Positions 37,071 through 46,047 of a stretch of DNA of 46,047 bases are shown piece after piece (positions within the stretch are counted from its first letter, which is position 1; each line of letters starts with the position of its first letter). Under the pieces are notes generated by a model. That model did no database searches and was not told the DNA's origin. It was given only the letters and a program-made list of their open reading frames with translations. Source of the DNA: Enoplolaimus lenunculus. Its lineage: Eukaryota. The position numbers and the translations under genes were made by a program. The stretch is from the NCBI GenBank assembly GCA_030248215.1, contig JASANG010001409.1, positions 372,001 to 418,047 of the forward strand, in the 5' to 3' direction.

Positions 37071-37435
37071 GGCCAATGTATAGAACTATGCCGTCACAGC
37101 GGTATAAACATATTTCCAAGCCTACGCCTAAGCGTAAATATAAGCTTATATCTAGGCCTAAGCGTAAGCCTAAGCCTAAGCCTAAGCAAAAACATTAGTA
37201 TAAACCTTAAGCTGTCTCTATTGCAGTCGCGTGGGAACACGTTCCGCCCCTGATCCCGACCCGTAGTCAAACTCACCGTACTAGGGAGTTACAAATTCTT
37301 CACGAGGGGCATACAAGTGTTTTCGATGACTTACAAGCAAGGTTGAAAATTGTCTAGGAGAGGCAAAATTTTTCCAGGGAGGCTGAGCCGTTCTGCCCCT
37401 TTAGCTACGGGTCCGCCTTGAACTTTACATGGGTC
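37071..37435 (-). mobile_element. TTAGGC-MITE A whose TIR is interrupted by a hAT-like MITE (37256-37415). Another A copy lies at ~37457-37594
   Basis: gttccgc-ccctgatc|hAT|ccttgaac-tttacatgggtc (6/8 TSD). Confidence 0.82.
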
Positions 37436-38018
37436 AGTATATTTTAATTTATTAGTATTACATAAACATCAGGGACGGAACGTTTTTTGTGGGACTGCAA
37501 TAGAGTAAGCTTAAGCTTTAAACAAATTTTTTGCTTGGCTTAGGCTTTGGAATATGCTTATAATACTGTTCCACCCCTGTTCTTTACATTGGCCCATTTA
37601 TGGTACCCCAGACGTCGGTGACATTCTAAAGTTTAACTATTTTTTGCTAATCTCATGCCAGCTGTTTGAAGTCTGTTTTAAGCCTTTTAAATAATATAAC
37701 ATTCCGAATTTTAAGCTCAGAATTTTGCTCAAAAATTAACCTTTTTGTCATTTTTGGTGTATCCGTTCAATGATTAGATCGCATCAGCTGTAAAGTTAAC
37801 AGTTTTAGCTTTAACTCGTGCGTCATTCAATAGACCGTGCATAACTTGAGTAACGGGTTTTCTTTGCATTCAACTTAAATTTAAATTTAAACTTGTATTA
37901 AAATGTATTTAGCGGTGACGGCCGCTCAACTTTGAAGTTCAACTTCGGTTGAACTCAACTGCAGCGGTTGTGGTTCAGAGTGTTCTGTGACATTAGGCAG
38001 AGTTATTTTTGGCTTCAG

Positions 38019-39190
38019 CGAAATCGCAGGTCTGTGGGGTAAACCGGGCATTTCATTGACCCAGGGTACAATTGCAAGTAAAGAGCCAGTTTATCGAGCA
38101 AAAATATGTTTGAACCATCAGGAGCCGAGTGGGTATTTGAAAACTCGTACGAGTTGTGCATTTTTTATTGTCCAGAAATTTCGGAGAAAGATATATTCGA
38201 TATATTTCCACTGTATACGTTTCTGGTTGAGTTCAAAATTTAAAATTATTTTAAAAGACAAAGATTTTTTCAACTATTTTGGTTAAAAAGTATTCAGCTA
38301 TTAAATTCTACAGAGTTCAGTGAAACAAGTATTTTTGGACAAGCTTGTGCTTGGGTGCTTTTCTGCTGGTTAGTATTTTTAATTATGCTAATTTAATTAC
38401 ATAAATAGTTGCTGAATAAAGTCAAATTTGGTACGAAATTAAGCTACTCAAAGTATATGTTACCTAAATACCTATACTTGTACGATACCAGTTTTTATAG
38501 TATATTTCCAACTAACCAGGCTCGTAGCCAGCTCATCTTGCTAGGTGGGGCTAAATAGTTTGCAAGAGGGGCATTCAAGAGTTTTTAATGACTTACAAGA
38601 AAAGTTGAAAATTTTCTAGGGGGCCGAAATTTATTGAAGGGGGAGCTTAGCCCCCTCGAATAACAATAGAGCAATGTTAGACAAAACAAATATCACTCAA
38701 CCAGATCTTATTCGGGTTACTACAATATCCTGTCCAAGAATTGATTTGGCGTTTGTAAGTTTTGATTTATATACTGGTTTGATTACATCATTGTCCATAC
38801 AGGTTATCCAGACGAACGGCTTCGGCGTCTACGAAAAGTCAAGGATTTGAAAAAGTAACGCATCGTACCACACGCGACCCACGCGCCCTTGGCAACCGGC
38901 TAACAAAGTTGCCTATTTTCGCTCTGGGAGTAACAAAACCCTGCAGCGTCAAAAAAATATGCCTGGAAAAATCTCCGTCCGTGAAACAAAATGTTTGATT
39001 TTAGTTCGATTAAACTCAACCTGTGTATTTGTTTGATTAACCATTTCTTTGATAAAGTGAACGCTATTTATTTCTGGTTCGACACCAGCCGCCGCAAAAA
39101 CGCATACGAACCCGGCCACGACGCCTGGCAAAACTGGCAAAACTTCTGACTTCAGAGCCACAAGGGTACACAGGAGTGTTGTGCTTAGAT
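38019..39190 (+). pseudogene. Possible degenerate spliced gene of unknown family
   Basis: Non-repetitive, GC-richer blocks. 38019-38225 (ttcag|...CTG|gttgag) joins phase 0 to catacag|38803, giving ...FEPSGAEWVFENSYELCIFYCPEISEKDIFDIFPLYTFL-VIQTNGFGVYEKSRI*KSN..., with several in-frame stops. Confidence 0.25.
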
Positions 39191-39386
39191 TTCATAGTCG
39201 GAATAAGGTTTTTTGAGATTTTTTAATACATTTAAAGTTAATTCTAAGGAGTGTATATGTTGTTGATTTATTAGCTTTAAACGAAATATATGGTATAAGT
39301 ATACACTGTTTGTAAAGTACTTTTCTACACACCATTTGTCTTGCAAAACGTCTCATGGGTATTAATTATGAAGTTCACTTTAATAA

Positions 39387-39715
39387 TATTGTCAACTGTG
39401 GCCTGAAAACAATATATCCTGAAGGTATTTTGTATTTAATATTTAAGACATTGCCTTTTGCAGACTTTCCCTACATTTACAATTAGGTTTAGGCTTAGGT
39501 TTAAGCAAGTGAAAACCTAAAGTGTAAGCTTTTGCTTAAGAGTTTATAAATCTTTGTTTTACTAGTATTGTCAACTCTGGCTTGAAAACAATATATCCTG
39601 AAGGTATTTTGTATTCAATATTTAAGACGTTGCCTTTTGCGAATTTTCCATACTTTTACGATTAGGTTTAGGCTTAGGTTTAAACAAGTGAAAACCTAAA
39701 GTCTAAGCCTATGCC
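39387..39715. repeat. Tandem duplication of about 179 bp, each copy with a short ttaggtttaggcttagg
   Basis: tattgtcaact.tggc.tgaaaacaatatatcctgaaggtattttgtatt at 39387 and 39566. Confidence 0.85.
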
Positions 39716-40300
39716 TATGGATCTTATGAAGGGTTTCGTGTAAAAAACCATTATCAGGAGCTGATGGAATGCCGAGTCTATGACCTCGAAGCCTTGAGCA
39801 CAAATTGAAATCCTTGAGATTTGAGTAAATGATGACGTCATTGAACCAATTGAATCCCATTATCAATTCAACTCTGGGAATTCGTTTATTTCAACGCACG
39901 TTTTACGTGTGAGTAAAGCATTCTTGTTATAATAACTTGCGTACACCATGTCATAATTTTCAGACGCATGTGCCCTCAAAGGATCAAAGCGACGTGTACA
40001 CGCCAGGGGCAGACCTATCCTGTAGGTACTGCGGGTTATTACCATCCAGTATATAAACCAGTTTGTCCCTTTTGTGTACTAATCACGAAATGTTTTGACC
40101 GCGACACGGGGTGTTTTTAGAGAGATGAAGGAAAATGCTTGGGCACCACTTCCATTGTCCCCTGATATGAGTTTCGTTCTGTAAGCATGTGAAACATGCT
40201 TGTCTGTTATGTGCACATGCAATATAGTGCAGTGCAAGTATGCCAGCTGGCAGCATGCGGTCCATACATATATTCGACGAAAAATGCAGTTGGAGAGGCA

Positions 40301-40545
40301 GGCTGCGTGCCTCAGTGGTAGAGTATTCGCTTAACGATCCTTAGGCTGAGAGTTCGATCGCCGCTCTGGTGGCCCCTTTTTCCAGCTGCTTAGTAGAAAG
40401 GTCTGAAATCCCGGTTCCTACCTAGACGGACACCTTCCTTTCCTTGGGACTGAGGGATCTCATCAATAAATAGGGTCCCTAATCTAAGATACTGGTAAAT
40501 TGGTTAAAATCCCGTATGTCGCAAACAGGCCAAATACTTTATAAT
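40301..40545 (+). mobile_element. Probable tRNA-derived SINE (degenerate)
   Basis: ggctgcgtgcctcagtggtagag (A box) and agttcgatcgc (B box), followed by about 170 bp of body. The 3' end is approximate. Confidence 0.5.
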
Positions 40546-40691
40546 ACAGTAGCCTGTTTAATTTATGTATCTGTAATCTTAGCGTTTGTCAAGTTGTACT
40601 CTGAAGCGACTCACTATCTAACCGCGTCCTGCGGCTGATAATTTTTGGGGAGGCCTTATAATTCCGTTGAAAAACTTTGTTAAGAGTTTAG

Positions 40692-40912
40692 AGCCCGTAT
40701 TCTCAAATGTGTATAGCACCTATTACTAGTTGGTGATAGGTTTTGTCAATTTGGAACCAGGGAATGGTGAGGTTAAAAATTCAGCACATTTATTGTATTC
40801 AATTTCCCCTACTTCTGTGCAAATTTTGAGATCTGCAATTGCAGCAGTTCGTTAGTTTAAGAACCTATTACTGACTGGTGATAGGTGCTATATATATTTG
40901 AGAATATGGGCC
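40692..40912. mobile_element. PIF/Harbinger-like MITE (family of 11549-11769, opposite orientation)
   Basis: agcccgtattctcaaatgtgtatagcaccta ... taggtgctatatatatttgagaatatgggcc. Confidence 0.8.
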
Positions 40913-40946
40913 TTGATTTCAATGATTTTGTAAGAATCCATTTGTT

Positions 40947-41127
40947 GGCCAATGTATAGAACAGGGCCGTAACAGCAGCATAAGTATATTCCTACGCCTA
41001 AGTCGATGCTTAAGCATAAGAATGAGGTTAAGTCTAAGCCAAAGCAAAAAAATAGTTTTTAAAGCTTATGTTTACTCTATTGGAGTCCCGCAGAAACACG
41101 ATCCGCCCCCTGATTTTTACATGGACT
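40947..41127 (-). mobile_element. TTAGGC-MITE, degenerate
   Basis: ggccaatgtatagaacagggccgtaac ... tccgccccctgatttttacatggact. Confidence 0.85.
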
Positions 41128-41184
41128 CTTTCATTGCTACGGTCCTCTTAGGGCCGCAGATGCTTTGACTGTGGTCATACTGGT

Positions 41185-41345
41185 TTCCATTTTGATTGGC
41201 TTCCATTAGTTCTCGTCAGAAATGTTTCATTTTGATTGGCTCGCATTATTCTCGTCGGGAATTTTCCATTTTGATTGGCTCGCATTCAGTTCTCGTCAGG
41301 AATTTTCCATTTTTGATTGGCTCCCAATAGTTCTCATCAGGAATA
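41185..41345. repeat. Tandem repeat of about 39 bp, 4 copies, each with GATTGGCT (reverse CCAAT)
   Basis: Units tttccattttgattggctcgcatt..ttctcgtcagga. Confidence 0.85.
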
Positions 41346-41706
41346 GCCAATCGTACACGTTTTCTTTGTTTTCAACATTTGAAAAAAATCAAAGTCAGAA
41401 AAAACGACACCAAAAATATTCATTCCACAGTTTGAAACGGTTTAAAATTAACCTTTTCAGTCAAAAATGTTCAGATTTGAACCAGTGATAGGTTCAAAAT
41501 GTGATGGAACCATTGTGGTTTTTGGTTTTGAAATTTGACAACAATATAGAACCAAGGGTATCAGGCTCTTGTACGCTTTCTTTAGGTTCAAAACGTGATA
41601 GGACTTCGAGGTTATATTTTTGATATTTGACATGAATATACAACAAAAGTTGATCCTTCTGCCTATACTTTCAACGTATTCAGGTTAAGACTCAGGGAGC
41701 GACTTA

Positions 41707-41900
41707 GGGTTGCGCTATACTTGACGTCTGTCCGTGCGTCAACCATGTGGCACCGTCCGTCAACATCTATCAAAATACATTATCGTTCGTGAGTTATTTT
41801 TGTACGTTACCGCACGGTAACGGACGGTGGCGTACGGGTGACGGACGGTGCCGTACGACTCCGGGCGGCTCTGCACGTCAACAAAAGTATATCGCAACCC
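41707..41900 (+). mobile_element. Complete PIF/Harbinger-like MITE (compact form)
   Basis: TTA|gggttgcgctatactt ... aagtatatcgcaaccc|TTA. It has 2-3 degenerate gacggtgccgtacgggt units. Relatives lie at ~31960-32102 and ~5655-5726. Confidence 0.88.
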
Positions 41901-42591
41901 TTACGTAAAAGCTTAGGGGTTTATCATTAGGTAAAGCTTTTTTTAATCGGAGCACAAGCCCAATTGTAAGCCAAGTGTACCAAGAGCCCAAAGGTACGCA
42001 GGCGGTGGTATCTTTTGATGTCGTACACCCGGAAACAGGCTACCATGTTCTATGGGGACACAATTTTAAGATGTGTAAACGAGGATATCACATGATTTAC
42101 AAACGGAGTTAAAACTTTTCCAGGGGGTCGTTGAACGGGACATGCCAGTAGTCAGCTTACTGCGCTCCAAAGGGTTAAGCCGATCAAGATAACCTTGAGA
42201 TCATTTCATATAATGTAATCCAAGTGTAATATAAGTAAAATTCTTCTGTTATGTCTGTATGTTCGCTTAGGGTTGTACGCGAAATAATTCGACCTCGGAA
42301 GCTGAAAATTTGACCACAAGCCAATGTTTCATTTGGAGTTATGTAGGATATGTGGGTTTTGACCTCACAGGTAATTTGTTTTGAGGCTTTTTACTGTTCA
42401 GATAATCCTGATTGCAATTTTTAACGGGGCTGAAAGACAGATTGTTCGAACTCGGGTACTAAATATTCTACTTTCAGGGTAATTTTTGTGAGGAGCAACA
42501 TAAAATAGGTGGCGTTAACGTGCGAGTCGTTTAAGGACCGTTGGCGTCTTCCTATCGCCGTAGATGATCTTGATTGCAGTGTAAACGCGTA

Positions 42592-43029
42592 CTGTACTGA
42601 CCCAAATAAGAGGGGATGGGCAATAAGAGGTGTCCCCATTTTGAGTCCCAATCAATAGTAGTTCGTATCCCTAATAAGTGTCCGTACGCGGATAGAGTTT
42701 CTAAACGTCTAACTAGAGTCCATAAATATCAATTATCCGAACTTGTAGTGTATAAATGACTCCAGGACGAAATCAGTTCGAAACTTTAAAGCACACTTAA
42801 GTTTTGAAAGTACATTCTTGTATAACCTTGCATTGTCGCTCAAGCTTTTGATACCAGACAAATAAACGTTTAATTCAATGGATACCTGCTACACCGGATA
42901 TATGTCAGTAACTAAGGACGGCTGAGGGCGGGTTAAAAAATAACTGTTCGTAACCGAATAACAGGACGAATACACTGTGGAGAGGCCAAACAAAGATCAG
43001 TCTTCCGCTTCTTATTCGGGTCACTACAG
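42592..43029. mobile_element. Tc1/pogo-like MITE
   Basis: TA|ctgtactgacccaaataaga ... tcttattcgggtcactacag|TA. Confidence 0.82.
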
Positions 43030-43762
43030 TATTCGGTCCAGTGTTTTGCCAGTAAATCTTGCTCAGGTAAGACTATAGCAGGTTAGTGGGGCAATAACCA
43101 AATGAGGTTGACTATGATTTATGCCGAAGGATAAGTCAACGGTAAGTCGTTAGCCTCTATATAAACTAATAACATAAAGCTTAAAGTTTTCAATACGTAT
43201 GCTAAATATTTTCTGTGGGCTGTTATAGCTCTAGGTAGGGGCTCCATGATGCGGTGCCTTTCCATTCCAACCGTGGTCAGTCCGCTTTAGCCAGGGGCAC
43301 ATTTTTTGAACCCTGCAGGCGGTAGGTCACTAGGTATCTTACTAATAATACCCCTGCCATGGAGGATTACTACTTATCTTAACTTCTTGATAGGGGGGCT
43401 AAAAGTTTTTCAAAAGGGGCGCACAAGGATTTTTGATGACTTACAAGCAAGGTTGAAACCTTTCTACGGGGGCCTAAGTGTTTCCTGGTGAAGGTAAGCC
43501 ACCCTGCCGTCTCTGGCTGCGGGTTCGGTGGCAAATGTTTGTACAACAATTATCATAGTTGGTGACAAAAATATAAGTAAAGAATTCAGGCAAGTTTAAT
43601 AGAACCCTGGTTTATTAATAATGGACCTGAAAAGCAGTTTGGCCTACTACATATGTACTCGTTCATATTTGTAACATTACTGTCATGGTTTCGTTCGCTG
43701 ATATCCCTCCGTTGTTTGTTGACACTATGCTTTTGGCCGTAATTTGTGTAGTTTGTTTAATA

Positions 43763-43942
43763 AGCCAAAGTTACCTCGCACAGGAGTCTCTGAAAACCAG
43801 CCAAAGGTTACCTCCCACAGGAGTCTCTGAAAACCAGCCAAAGGTTACCTCCCACAGGAGTCTCTGAAAACCAGCCAAAGGTTACCTCCCACAGGAGTCT
43901 CTGAAAACCAGCCAAAGGTTACCTCCCACAGGAGTCTCTGAA
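43763..43942. repeat. 37-bp minisatellite, about 4.8 essentially identical copies
   Basis: cacaggagtctctgaaaaccagccaaaggttacctcc starts at 43779, 43816, 43853, 43890 and 43927. Confidence 0.95.
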
Positions 43943-44203
43943 CGCCGAGCCAGACACTCGCCTCCTGGGAAATGTAACACCACCTGTTTTGAAATCACCA
44001 AATCCTCTTGGATTAAAAGATTTTCAAATTTAATTTACTCTGTCAAAGTTGCATTTGAAACAGTTTTTAGCTTTTTCTTTGTTTTCTGTGGTTATTAAGC
44101 GTTTGATTAAACCGTAGATAATTTGGAAATAGCAAAAAGGCTATTTTTGAAGCCAACTTTAAGACGAAAATGAGTTTTGAGATTTGCCGAGGATTCGTAG
44201 TCT

Positions 44204-45381
44204 GGCCAATGTAACGAATAGCGGCGGAACAGTGTTATAAGCATATTCCTGAGCGTAAGCCTAAGCCTAAGCCTAAACCTAAGGGTTAGAATGAGCATAT
44301 TCCTAAGCCTAAGCCTAAGACTAAGCCTAAGCGTTAGAATGAGCATATACCTAAGCCTAAGCCTAAGCCTAAGCGTTAGAATGAGCATATTCCTAAGCCT
44401 AAGCCTAAGACTAAGCGTTAGAATGAGCATATACCTAAGCCTAAGCCTAAGCCTAAGCGTTAGAATGAGCATATTCCTAAGCCTAAGACTAAGCCTAAGC
44501 GTTAGAATGAGCATATACCTAAGCCTAAGCCTAAGCCTAAGCGTTAGAATGAGCATATTCCTAAGCCTAAGCCTAAGCCTAAGCGTTAGAATGAGCATAT
44601 TCCTAAGCCTAAGCCTAAGCCTAAGCGTTAGAATGAGCATATACCTAAGCCTAAGCCTAAGCCTAAGCGTTAGAATGAGCATATTCCTAAGCCTAAGCCT
44701 AAGCCTAAGCGTTAGAATGAGCATATTCCTAAGCCTAAGCCTAAGCCTAAGCGTTAGAATGAGCATATTCCTAAGCCTAAGCCTAAGACTAAGCCTAAGC
44801 GTTAGAATGAGCATATTCCTAAGCCTAAGCCTAAGCCTAAGCGTTAGAATGAGCATATTCCTAAGCCTAAGACTAAGCCTAAGCGTTAGAATGAGCATAT
44901 ACCTAAGCCTAAGCCTAAGCCTAAGCGTTAGAATGAGCATATTCCTAAGCCTAAGACTAAGCCTAAGCGTTAGAATGAGCATATACCTAAGCCTAAGCCT
45001 AAGCCTAAGCGTTAGAATGAGCATATTCCTAAGCCTAAGCCTAAGCCTAAGCGTTAGAATGAGCATATTCCTAAGCCTAAGCCTAAGCCTAAGCGTTAGA
45101 ATGAGCATATACCTAAGCCTAAGCCTAAGCCTAAGCGTTAGAATGAGCATATTCCTAAGCCTAAGCCTAAGCCTAAGCGTTAGAATGAGCATATTCCTAA
45201 GCCTAAGCCTAAGCCTAAGCGTTAGAATGAGCATATTCCTAAGCCTAAGCCTAAGCCTAAGCGTTAGAATGGGCATATTCCTAAGCCTAAGCCTAAGCCA
45301 AGCAAAAAATAGTCTAATGCTTAAGCTTACTTTAGTTTAGTCCCACAGAAACACGTTTCGTCCCTGATGTTTACATGGGCC
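44204..45381 (-). mobile_element. TTAGGC-MITE A expanded to 1178 bp by an internal 42-bp satellite (about 24 units)
   Basis: Both TIRs retained (ggccaatgtaacgaata.. / ..ccctgatgtttacatgggcc). TSD cgtagtct/cgttttct. Unit gcgttagaatgagcatattcctaagcctaagcctaagcctaa. Confidence 0.95.
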
Positions 45382-45448
45382 CGTTTTCTCAACTGTGTAT
45401 AGCATCTATTATTAAGCTCTCATTTCTGTTGACTTGTCTCATTGCTTA

Positions 45449-46047
45449 GGGTTGCGCTATACTTGACGTCCGGCGCAGTCCGTCACCGTCCGACAGTTCA
45501 ATACCGCACGGTGACCGACGGCGTGGTACGGGTAACTGACGGCGCCATACGGGTAACTGACGGCGCCATACGGGTAACTGACGGCGCCATACGGGTAACT
45601 GACGGCGCCATACGGGTAACTGACGGCGCCATACGGGTAACTGACGGCGCCATACGGGTAACTGACGGCGCCATACGGGTAACTGACGGCGCCATACGGG
45701 CCTCCCTCCCCCCCCAACTGACGGCGCGATACGGGTAACTGACGGCGCCATACGGGTAACTGACGGCGCCATACGGGTAACTGACGGCGCCTCACTACGG
45801 GTACGTACCCCCCCCCCCCCCACTGACGGAGCCATACGGGTAACTGACGGCGCCATACGGGTAACTGACGGCGCCATACGGGTAACTGACGGCGCCATAC
45901 GGGTAACTGACGGCGCCATACGGTAACCTGGCGCCATACGGGTAACTGACGGCGCCATACGGGTAACTGACGGCGCCATACGGGTAACTGACGGCGCCAT
46001 ACGGGTAACTGACGGCGCCATACGGGTAACTGACGGCGCCATACGGA
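45449..46047 (+). mobile_element. PIF/Harbinger-like MITE with an expanded 21-bp minisatellite, running off the window
   Basis: TTA|gggttgcgctatacttgacgtc as at 41707. Unit gggtaactgacggcgccatac more than 20 times, with two oligo-C interruptions. Confidence 0.9.

Noticed and set aside
39720..40290. Possible coding remnant
   Set aside because: The frames I examined were short and had no recognisable motif.
43763..43942. CRISPR-like array (also considered for 1-800 and 44280-45300)
   Set aside because: The repeats are contiguous or have identical spacers, there are no cas genes, and the context is eukaryotic.
44107..45340. LRLRL and SLSLS ORFs (also 18181-18549, 1264-1557, 34694-35125, 35973-36197)
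   Set aside because: They are translations of TTAGGC/GCCTAA repeats.
45442..46042. VTDGAIR / MAPSVTR repeat ORFs
   Set aside because: They come from a 21-bp minisatellite within a MITE and are open in several frames.
1..46047. Autonomous transposase or prokaryotic system
   Set aside because: No ORF with DDE, RT, Rep or helicase motifs is present. All elements are short and non-coding.

Overview
AT-rich eukaryotic genomic DNA, gene-poor and dominated by small non-autonomous DNA transposons (MITEs). The pervasive TTAGGC repeat is the telomere unit of most studied nematodes, so a nematode origin is likely, but that is inference. Two spliced genes on the + strand can be reconstructed by hand: a 168-aa secreted Cys-rich protein (7537-8761) and a 299-aa beta-propeller-like protein (13198-17502, 4 exons). 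The dominant feature is a family of roughly 35-40 MITE copies or fragments with GG-initiated TIRs (GGCC[C/A]ATGT...) and 8-bp TSDs, the Merlin/IS1016 signature. They carry an internal (TTAGGC)n cassette in fixed polarity, which has expanded into satellites of 6, 41, 42 and 132 bp. Also present are hAT-, PIF/Harbinger-, piggyBac-, Tc1/pogo- and CACTG-type MITEs, tRNA-derived SINE-like elements, nested insertions and minisatellites. No transposase, rRNA or CRISPR array is visible. The long ORFs in the ORF track (20180-21863, 44107-45340, 45442-46042) are translations of tandem repeats.
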